Positions 53,935 to 64,000 of a DNA stretch of 64,000 nucleotides are shown here, one piece after another; the stretch's first letter is position 1; each line of letters starts with the position of its first letter. Source of the stretch: Octopus sinensis (Eukaryota); contig NC_043022.1 of NCBI RefSeq assembly GCF_006345805.1, positions 7,564,001 to 7,628,000 on the forward strand. Reading direction: 5' to 3'. Made by a program: the position numbers and the translations under genes. Below the pieces are notes generated by a model that worked only from the letters and a program-made list of their open reading frames with translations, made no database searches and was not told where the DNA came from.

Positions 53935-54627
53935 GTTTTTATTTTGTTTTTGAATTATTTTTTTGCTTTTTTTTGTCGTATGTGTTTTATTTTGTTTTAT
54001 TTTTATAGAGGTAGCTTGGGATTTTTCTTCCCTGGTTGCTTGGTGGGGTTTGAAGATATAACACATTCAGATAACTATCGGAGATACATAAATATCCATA
54101 GATATGTGTGTGTCATCACCATCATCATCATTGTTTAACGTCTGCATGGGTTGGACGGTTTGACTGAGGACTGGCGAACCAGATGGCTGCACCAGACTCC
54201 AATCTGATCCGACAGAGTTTCTACAGCTGGATGCCCTTCCTAACACCAACCACTCTGAGAGTGTAGTGGGTGCTTTTACGTGCCACCGGCACAAGGGCCA
54301 GTCAGGTGGTACTGGCAACGGCCACACTCAAATGGTGTTTTTTACATGCCACCTGCACAGGAGCCAGTCATCGAATAGCTGCTCTGACAATGATCATGCT
54401 CGGATGGCGCTCTTAGCGCTCCACTGGCACGGGTGCCAGTCATCGAATTTGATTCGATTTCAATTTCACTTGCCTCAACAGGTCTTCGCAAGCAGAATTT
54501 AGAGTCCAATGAAGGAAAGGTGCACATAAGTGGGCTGGTTACACCCCTGGCATAGGCCACGGGTTATGGTCTCACTTTGCTTTCCAGGTCTGCTCACGCA
54601 CTGCATATTTCCAAAGGTCTCAGTCAT

Positions 54628-54850
54628 GGCAGCAAACTGGCAGAATTGTTAGCATGCCGGGTGAAATGCTTAGTGGCATTTCATCTGCCATTACATTCTT
54701 AGTTCAAATTCCACCAAGGTCGACTTTACCTTTCATCCTTTCGGGGTTGATTAAATAAGTACCAGTTATGCACTGTGGTCATTGTCATCAACTTAATCCC
54801 TTTGTCTGTCCTTGCTTGTCCCCTCTATGTTTAGCCCCTGTGGGCAAGAA
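54628..54850 (+). mobile_element. SINE family B monomer, CpG-decayed
   Basis: Head and body motifs. Confidence 0.8.
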
Positions 54851-54851
54851 G

Positions 54852-54923
<72 letters not shown>

Positions 54924-55212
54924 TCTGTGTTTTGAGCCCCACCAGCACCACCACCACTTAACTGGTGTTGTGTGTTTACATCCTTGTAACTTAGCAGTTC
55001 AGCAAATGATACCAATAGAATAAGTACTAGGCTTTTTAATTAAAAAAAAGTCCTGGGGTTCATATTTTTGTCTAAAACCCTTCAAGGTGGCGCTCCAGCA
55101 TGGAGAATGAATATCAGACAATAATTTGTGCAAACTATAGTAATTGTTTTTTTGTTTTTTGTTTTTATTTAATATTTTATAGTAATTGTTTTTCTTTTTT
55201 CTTTAATTACAG

Positions 55213-55350
55213 ATATAACATGCTACAAAGGCACTGGAATGACCTACAAAGGTTACTTCAATTTCACAAAATCCAAGTATCCCTGTCAAAACTGGAGCTT
55301 GCAAACCCCACACAAGCACAATTTCAATGTTGCCAACAGTACACAATTAG
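55213..55350 (+). CDS. Internal coding exon: N-terminal half of a kringle domain
   Basis: Polypyrimidine tract plus CAG acceptor, G|GTAAGG donor, 138 nt, phase 1-1; ITCYKGTGMTYKGYFNFTKSKYPCQNWSLQTPHKHNFNVANSTQL fits kringle C-Y-x-G-x-G-x-x-Y-x-G-x(4)-T-x-S-x(3)-C-Q-x-W-x-x-Q-x-P-H-x-H. Confidence 0.9.
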
Positions 55351-55549
55351 GTAAGGAACACCTGAATTCTAACATTTTTTTTTGTTTATTTATGTTTTTG
55401 TTTGTTTGTTTTTTTCTTAATGATTTTGTGGGCAGAGAAAAAGAGATCGAACTTTCTTGGCAGCTAACATAGCAAAGAACTGAGCATATTGGTTCCTAGA
55501 GAGAGCAGGAAGCAATGGTGTAAGTCTGTGCATATGTACATGTGTGTAA

Positions 55550-56303
55550 CCAAATCAAAATAGATGAACATCAATGGAATTTGTATCCTTGTGGTACCAG
55601 TGCCGGTGGCACATAAGAAAACCATCCGAACGTGACCGTAGCCAGTACCGCATCAACTGGCCTCCATGCTGTGGGCACTTAACAAACACCATCCGAGCGT
55701 GGCCGTTCGCCAGCCTCGTCTGGCACCTGTGTCGGTGGCACATAAGAAAACACCATCCGAGCGTGGCCGTCTGCCAGCCTCGTCTGGCACCTGTGTCGGT
55801 GGGACATAAAAAACACTATCCGATCGTGGCCGTTCGCCAGCCTTGTCTGGCACCTGTGTCGGTGGCACATAAGAAAACACCATCCGAGCATGGCCGTCTG
55901 CCAGCCTCGTCTGGCACCTGTGTCGGTGGGACATAAAAAACACTATCCGATCGTGGCCGTTCGCCAGCCTCGTCTGGCGCCTGTGTCGGTGGCACATAAG
56001 AAAACACCATCCGAGCATGGCCGTCTACCAGCCTCGTCTGGCACCTGTGTCGGTGGCACATAAAAAACACCATCCGAGTGTGGCCGTCTGCCAGCCTCGT
56101 CTGGCACCTGTGTCGGTGGCACATAAAATCACCCACTACACTCTCAGAGTGGTTGGCGTTATGAAGGACATCCAGCTGTAGAAACACTGCCAGATCTGAC
56201 TGGCCTGGTGCAGCCTTCGGGCTTGCAAGACCCCAGTTGAACCGTCCAACCCATGCTAGCATGGAAAGCGGACGTTAAACGATGATGATGATGATGATGA
56301 TGA
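55550..56303 (+). mobile_element. Retroposon family D with internal ~60-bp tandem array (55600-56130)
   Basis: About 8 units of GGCACATAAGAAAACACCATCCGAGCGTGGCCGT..GCCAGCCTCGTCTGGCACCTGTGTCGGT; (GAT)n tail. Confidence 0.85.
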
Positions 56304-57366
56304 TATATATATATATATATATGTAATCATATCAAAGGGAAATGGAAATTTAATAGAAATTTTCACTTCCAGTGGCCTAGCATGTAAAAATTTAGTCCAA
56401 AGACCACATATTAGTCATAAGATATAGTGTACATTTAAACACATAAGGAATCCACTTGTAGGATTCAACATGCTAGAAAGAACAGCTAGGTTCTATAACC
56501 ACAAAATTAGGGATAAAATTTGACAGGAAAGAAATGAAAAAATAAAAAACATTTAACCATCTAATTTCCTGGACCAATTGGTTTCTGATTTTAGTTTAGC
56601 AAGTAAATAACTTTTACTCGTGAGGTGAAATTGTCCTCAACAGGTACACCTTAGATTAAATATATAAACACGAGGCGACCAACTATGTGCCCCTTGTTTA
56701 TACATCCTAATTTTTTCAAAATCTACTGCGCAGACACAGTTGGCATATTTTTATTGCCAGCGAAGGACTGCGTCTGCATATAAACATATATATATATATA
56801 TATTTATGCATATAAACATATATATATATTCACATACGGCGATTTTCTTTCTCCGTCTTCCCAATGGATGTTAAATGAGGATGATGAGATACATATATAT
56901 ATTTATATACATATACAAATATAAACATATACATGCACACATATACATATATATACACACACACACACACACACATATATTTATATATAAAACACACATA
57001 TATGTACATTATATATATATATATACATACACTCATATATATATATATAAAAACATACATATGTATATTACATATATATATACATACACTCATACATATA
57101 TATATACATGCTCACATATATATATATATATACATACTCACACGTATATATATATATATATACACACACACACATATATACACACACACATGCACACACA
57201 CACACTCATATATCTATTGAGAGAGTGTGAGGGAGAGAGAGAGAGAAGGAGGGCATTTATTATTTGTGGTATGACATTAATATCAAACCCTAGTCTTTAC
57301 ATCAACAATGTTCTCTTGTTGTATTCAAGACATACATATGTACACACATACATACATTACATTTAT

Positions 57367-57399
<33 letters not shown>

Positions 57400-57985
57400 C
57401 ACACACCACAACATACATACATACATACATACATCCATGCATACATTTATACACACACACACACACACACATACATACATACATACATACATACATACAT
57501 GCATACATACATTTATACACACACACACACATACATACATACATACATGCATACATACATTTATACACACACACACACACATACATACATACATACATAC
57601 ATACATTTATACACACACACACATACATACATGCATACATACATTTATACACACACACATACATACATGCATACATACATTTATACACACACACACACAT
57701 ACATACATGCATACATACATTTATACACACACACACACATACATACATGCATACATACATTTATACACACACACACACATACATACATGCATACATACAT
57801 TTATACACACACACACACATACATACATGCATACATACATTTATACACACACACACATACATACATGCATACATACATTTATACACACACACATACATAC
57901 ATGCATACATACATTTATACACACACACACACATACATACATGCATACATACATTTATACACACACACACACACACATACATATA
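57400..57985. repeat. ~30-bp minisatellite built from (CATA)n/(CA)n
   Basis: ATGCATACATACATTTATACACACAC.. repeated more than 12 times. Confidence 0.9.
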
Positions 57986-58800
57986 TGCATACATATAACA
58001 TTGTATCCGCATGCACACACACACACATATATCCTTGACATTTTGTTCAAATGTCCAACATCCCATACCCGCCACCATCATTGTTACTATACAAACAATA
58101 ACAACAATAACAACAATGTCCTCTCCTGCCCCTTTGTTTCGTTAATTGCCTGCTGCCCCTCCTCTTCCTCACCGTTTCTGTCTTAGATTCTGCTGCAAGA
58201 TGTGGGAGTGGTTCCATGGTGCTTAATTACCAATATTTATGGCTTACCATCTTTTGTTTATTGAGTAAATATTTTATCACAAAGATTTCCAAATGACTTG
58301 TAAAATATGTGTCTGGCATAATATCATTGCTGGTAATTGTTATTGGGTTTGTTGTTGTCGTTTTTTGTTAATTAGATCGGGGTGGGGGGGATAGTTAGTT
58401 AATAAATGAAACAGAAAGAAAAAGAATGTTATGTGTGTGTGTGAATATATATATATATATTTATACACATACATATATGTATATATATACACATACATAT
58501 ATATATATTTATACACACACATATATATATACACATATCTATGTGTGTGTGTGTATATATATATATATATGTATGTGTATATATATACATATATGTATGT
58601 GTATATATATGTGTGTATGTATATATATATGGTGTGTATATGTATGTGTGTGTGTATATATATGTACATATATGTATGTGTGTATATATATATATATGTA
58701 CATATATGTATGTGTGTATATATATATACATATGTGTGTATGTGTATATATATATACATATATATATACATATATATACACACTTATATACATATATATA

Positions 58801-58847
<47 letters not shown>

Positions 58848-59129
58848 ATGTATGTATGTATATATATGTTTGTGTTTTATGCATGTATATGTATATCACA
58901 TTTATGGTGTGTGTGTGTATACATAGGTTTATTAGTGCACGGTTCCGCTGGTGGGAGAGCCAACGAAACAATAAGCCCTGCATCCAGTGAGAGATAAATA
59001 TCCCTTCTTAACTACAACATTTGAAGGCAAGTCAATATAAGTTTCATGCTCAGATAAGCATGTCTTGTACTATCCCGCAATCGTTCCTGCTTTTATTGGC
59101 TTTTCACAAAATCTCATAGACAGAATCTG

Positions 59130-59940
59130 GTAGACAAAATCTGGTAGACAGAAACTGAAAGAAGCCCGTCGTATATATGTATATATATGTATGTGTATAC
59201 GTTTGTGTATCTGTATTTGTCCCAACATCGCTAGACAACCGATGCTGGTGTGTTTACATCCCCATAACTTAGCGGTTTGGCAAAAAGACACTGATAGAAT
59301 AAGTACTAGGCTTACAAAGAATAAGTACTGGTGTCAAGGTGCTCCAGCATGGCCACAGTCAAATGACTGAAACGAATAAAATAGTATAGGTGCAGGTGTT
59401 GCTGTGTGGTAAAAAGCTTGCTTCCCAACAACATGGTTCTGGGTTCAGTCCCACAGCATTGCACCTTGGCTAGTGTCTTCTGTTATAACCTCGGGTCAAC
59501 CAAAGCCTTGTAAGTTGATTTAGTAGACAAAAACTGAAAGAAGCCCATCATGTGTGTGTGTGTGTGTGTGTGTGTGTCTTTGTGTGTGTCCCACTATCAC
59601 TGAACAACTGATGTTGGAGTGCTTATATCCCCATAACTTAGCAGTTCAGCGAAAGAGCCCGTTAGAATAAGTACTAGGCTTTATATGTTCTGAGTTCAAA
59701 TTCCGCCGAGGTCGACTTTACCTTTCATCCTCTCGGGGTCGATAAATAAAGTACCAGTTTCAGACTGGGTTGATGTAATCGACTTAACCCCTTTGTCTGT
59801 CCTTGTTTGTCCCCTCTTTGTTTAGCCCCTGGTGGGTAGTAAAGAAATATAAAAGTCCTAGGGGTCAATTTGTTCAACTAAAACCCTTCAAGGTGGTGCC
59901 CCAGCCTGGCCACAGTCAAATAACAGAAACAAGTCACAGA
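59130..59940 (+). mobile_element. Two SINE A copies; second has a nested SINE B body (59686-59850)
   Basis: Motif order. Confidence 0.8.
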
Positions 59941-59964
59941 TAAAGCTAATACACAAAATATGAG

Positions 59965-60272
59965 AACACATGTGTGGTGCAATTCTCCTGATACAGGAGA
60001 CCTTCCAATGAGGACCAGTCTAGGAACCCCACGCAACCAGAATTATGCTGACCTCTGAAGGCACATGCACCCCTATTCAACTATTGTTCCCCAATCTTCA
60101 GGCACATGATTTGGGTAGGATCACACACCCAAACCATTTTTTATTGGAGAACAATAGTTGAGTAGGGGGCATGCCCCTTCAGAGGTCAGTATAATTCTGG
60201 TTGCGTGGGGTTCCTAGACCGGTCCTCATTGGAAGGTCTCCTGTATCAGGAGAATTGCACCACACATGTGTT
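59965..60272. repeat. Long fold-back inverted repeat, ~130-150 bp arms
   Basis: AACACATGTGTGGTGCAATTCTCCTGATACAGGAG... / ...CTCCTGTATCAGGAGAATTGCACCACACATGTGTT. Confidence 0.95.
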
Positions 60273-60307
60273 AGTTAAAGCGGAACTTAAAAAAAAAAAA
60301 ATTGATA

Positions 60308-60571
60308 GGCGCAGGAGTGGCTGTGTGGTAAGTAGCTTGCTAACCAACCACATGGTTCCGGGTTCGGTCCCACTGCGTGGCATCTTGGGCAAGTGTCTTC
60401 TGCTATAGCTGGTGTGTTTATGTCCCCGTCACTTAGCGGTTCGACAAAAGAGACCAATAGAATAAGTACTGGGCTTACAAAGAATAAGTCCCGGGGTCGA
60501 TTTGCTCGACTAAAGGTGGTGCTCCAGCATGGCCGCAGTCAAATGACTGAAACAAGTAAAAGAGTAAAAGA
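60308..60571 (+). mobile_element. SINE family A with internal deletion
   Basis: Head joined directly to tail at CTATAG|CTGGTGTG. Confidence 0.85.
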
Positions 60572-61179
60572 GGAGCTTGACCAAAGAAGACAAAGGTGTC
60601 ATTCCTGCCAGTTCCTTCCTTCCAGCCTCATCCACAGCCCAACCCTCAATTTGCTGCAGCCATTAAACAGGGGTACACTGCGCCTGCCTTGCCTTAATAA
60701 TAATAATAATAATATAATAATAACAAGTGAAACAGAAACCCCCTGATGGTGTTCATCTTTCTTCTTCTGCCCCCATCTCCACCCCACCCCATCCCCGCTC
60801 TGACCCCCCCCCCCTCCCACATGTACAGTAGGGACAAACAGCGGCAGTGGTATAATCTTGGAAACACCACATGTCTTTTGGGTAAATGGGGTGGAGGTGC
60901 TAGGGTGTAGTTGTTGTTGTTGTTGTCTTGATAATTCTAGAATTTATTTGGTGTTTCAGCAATTAAAGATTGTACCACTCACTATTCTGAGAGACAGAAG
61001 AGGCAGAGAGAAGCGGGGGGGGGGGGGGGCATGAGCGGGGGGTGGGGTGGCGGGGTGGAGAGCAGATTTAACCATTGTAAGGTGATTTATTGCAGCCTTT
61101 TATTCTAATCTAGATTATTACCATAACAGTAACAACAAGAACAACAACAACAACAACGTGGGCCTCTCTGTTCCTCAGC

Positions 61180-61385
61180 ACTACCACCACCACCACCACA
61201 ACTATCGCTACTACCACCAACACCACCACAACTATCGCTACTACCACCAACACCACCACAACTATCGCTACTACCACCACCACCACCACAACTATCGCTA
61301 CTACCACCACCACCACCACTATCGCTACTACCACAACTATCGCTACTACCACCACCACCGCAACTATCGCTACTACCACCACCAC
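61180..61385. repeat. 30-bp minisatellite
   Basis: CACCACCACAACTATCGCTACTACCACCA(A/C), about 6 copies. Confidence 0.9.
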
Positions 61386-61997
61386 CATCACAGTGACTCT
61401 ACCCCCCCCCACCTTTCTTCCCATTGCCTTTCTACTGCTTCTCAGCACACACACACACACACACACACAACTGCCTCCCTCCTGCTCCACCACCACCACC
61501 ACCACCACCGCCACCACCACCACCATCACCACCAGTATATTTTAGATAAACCATTTTTCTAGGGAAGCAAAACAAAAACAAAAGCTTGGAAGGTAGTGGA
61601 GGGGAGGGGGGTAAAGCCACCCCCCACCCCCACCCCGGGATGGGGAGAAGGGAGTTCAGGTGGAATAATACAGGATAATAAAATATAAATATTTGAGGGG
61701 AGGGGCAGATAAAAAAAGGCGCGGGGTGGGGTGGGATTCTTTCTATCTTTTTACTTTCTGTTTTTCCTATCTATTTTTTTTTCTTCATGCCTCTTCTGTC
61801 TCCTTTGCTTACCTTCTTCATCTCCTCCATTTCCTCCTCACCTGCTCTGTCATCTTTTTTTCTTCTCCCTTTCCTTCCCCTCCTCCTCCTCATCATCATT
61901 TTCTCCTTTTCTTTCTTTCTTCTCATTCTCTTTTTTCTTTTCTCATTCATTTTCATCTCCTCCTCCTACTACTACTCCCCCTCGTTCCATTCCCCTT

Positions 61998-62395
61998 CTA
62001 AATACTACTCCCCCTCATCCTCTTCCTCTTCTAACTACTACTCCCCCTCATCCTCTTCCTCTTCTAATTACTACTCCCCCTCATCCTCTTCCTCTTCTAA
62101 TTACTACTCCCCCTCATCCACTTCCTCTTCTAACTACTACTCCCCCTCGTTATCTTCCACTACTACTCACTCTCGGTCTCTTCGTCTTCTAACTACTACT
62201 CCCCCTCATCCTCTTCGTCTTCTAACTACTACTCCCCCTCATCCTTGTCGTCTCAACTACTACTCCCCCTCATCCTCTTCGTCTTCTAACTACTACTCCC
62301 CCTCATCCTCTTCGTCTTCTAACTACTACTCCCCCTCATCCTCTTCGTCTTCTAACTACTACTCCCCCTCATCCTCTTCGTCTTCTAACTACTCC
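61998..62395. repeat. 33-bp minisatellite
   Basis: CTAACTACTACTCCCCCTCATCCTCTTC(C/G)TCTT, about 11 copies. Confidence 0.9.
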
Positions 62396-62737
62396 TCTTC
62401 CTCCTCGTTATCTTCCTCTCCCCCCCCCCCGTATGACTGCTTCCTCTTCACTTTCTTCCTCTTCACATCATCACCATCATCATCATTCCCATTGTTTGCA
62501 TCAAGATGGTGTGTAGTACTTCCTCCATTTTCCCTTTTGTTTTTTTTGTATATGTTCCTATGTTTTTATGATTTTTTTTTGTTTTATTTATTGCGCCACC
62601 AATTTCCTGTGACATAGCTGTAAATCACCACCACCACCACCATCGCAACCACGCCCCTCCCCTGCCCTGTGTCTTCACCTAATATGTGTGTCATTAGATA
62701 TGGCTTGAGGGAGGGATGTTGTCCATTACACACACAC

Positions 62738-62771
<34 letters not shown>

Positions 62772-62984
62772 GCACATAGAAAAGTGTGTGAGTGAGTGTA
62801 TATGATGTATGTGTGTATGGCATTACAGACCATCAATCATATGGATGTGTAGACATCTGGTCACAAAGAGATGCAGGCGGACAAACAGACAGATTACATG
62901 GAAGTTACCTGGCGGCTCTTTTTATAGATGCAGACAAACATGCACACACACAGAATCATATAATGTGTTTGTATATATATATAT

Positions 62985-63018
<34 letters not shown>

Positions 63019-63023
63019 GGTAT

Positions 63024-63055
<32 letters not shown>

Positions 63056-63057
63056 TG

Positions 63058-63088
<31 letters not shown>

Positions 63089-63119
63089 GTATATATATAT
63101 AATTATGTATATATATATG

Positions 63120-63155
<36 letters not shown>

Positions 63156-63156
63156 G

Positions 63157-63189
<33 letters not shown>

Positions 63190-63190
63190 G

Positions 63191-63235
<45 letters not shown>

Positions 63236-63261
63236 GTATATGTATATATATATGTATATGT

Positions 63262-63312
<51 letters not shown>

Positions 63313-63425
63313 TATATAAAGGATAAGATCGATATTTAAATACCAATCTTATTAGGTGGCCGGCATGGGAATAAAAAAGCCTCAAAGGTAATAATTATAA
63401 TTAAAATTATAATTTAGGGTTATCT

Positions 63426-63711
63426 AAGAGATACCATCATGCTGGAAATAGCAGCCAAAACCTGGCTCTGAAACCACATTAAATGTTCATACAGCACCAG
63501 GAGAGAGAAGACAAAGAGACAAAATATACTAGCAAAAAAAAAAAAATTACTGGACAATTCTGGAATCCGAGATCTGGAATTGTCCAGTATTTTTTTTTTT
63601 TTTGCTAGTTTATTTTGTCTCTTTGTCTTCTCTCTCCTCGTGCTGTATGAACATTTAATGTGGTTTTAGAGTCAGGTTTTGGCTGCTATTTCCAGCATGG
63701 TGGTATCTCTT
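63426..63711. repeat. Long fold-back inverted repeat, ~140-bp arms, short loop
   Basis: AGAGATACCATCATGCTGGAAATAGCAGCC... / ...GGCTGCTATTTCCAGCATGGTGGTATCTCT; centre ~63568. Confidence 0.95.
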
Positions 63712-63894
63712 TCCTGCCCGACCAGGCTCCTTGTCCTAGCCAAACACTTGGACAGTGCCGAGTGGAGCCGTTTTAACACAAATCTAAAGGTATCCTCTGG
63801 GAAGGAGTTCGTTATCCTGCACAGATCGGTTTCCCATATGACCTCCGCAGCCACCTGCAAAAGCCACTCAGGGTCCTCCGTGGGAAACCAACTT

Positions 63895-64000
63895 CTTATT
63901 TCTTTATTGCCCACAAGGGGCTACACACAGAGGGGACACACAAGGACAGACAAATGGATTAAGTCGATTAGATCGATCCCAGTGCGTAACTGGTACTTTA
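63895..64000 (-). mobile_element. SINE family B 3' end (runs off window)
   Basis: TTATTTCTTTATTGCCCACAAGGGGCT... Confidence 0.85.

Noticed and set aside
55600-56130. CRISPR-like regular array
   Set aside because: No unique spacers; whole units repeat; eukaryotic retroposon context; no cas genes
58927-58997. Next exon of the kringle gene ([10 protein letters not shown]...SER*)
   Set aside because: No polypyrimidine tract and no kringle C-terminal motif
61787-62617. Extensin-like ORF (NYYSPSSSSSS)n
   Set aside because: A 33-bp minisatellite in low-complexity DNA; no credible start or splice context
63712-63893. Minus-strand ORF (..LLQVAAEVIWET..), possible L1/Tx1 remnant or exon
   Set aside because: Too short and not confidently recognisable; the ORF ends come from adjacent repeats

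Overview
AT-rich, microsatellite-saturated animal DNA. The repeat content (tRNA-derived SINE families, CR1/RTE/Penelope remnants, short non-autonomous Helitrons) resembles an octopus/coleoid cephalopod genome; this is pattern recognition, not a database result. Almost all ORFs in the six-frame track are translations of microsatellites or SINEs. One host coding exon is well supported: a 138-nt, phase 1-1, + strand exon (55213-55350) encoding the N-terminal half of a kringle domain, so part of the window is probably intronic. The most interesting layer is RNA structure. A type I hammerhead ribozyme sits inside a ~353-bp unit bounded by a 21-bp direct repeat (53561-53934), which is a candidate retrozyme or circular-RNA retroelement. 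A second near-complete hammerhead lies at 28744-28796, several variant hammerhead cores lie in short elements (mostly microsatellite-embedded), and there is a Penelope-like RT remnant. The window also has several long fold-back inverted repeats of unrelated sequence, one-head/many-body tandem SINE arrays, modular Helitrons, a 13-kb-spaced inverted duplication, and a duplicated 114-bp element. Repeat boundaries were read by eye and are approximate.
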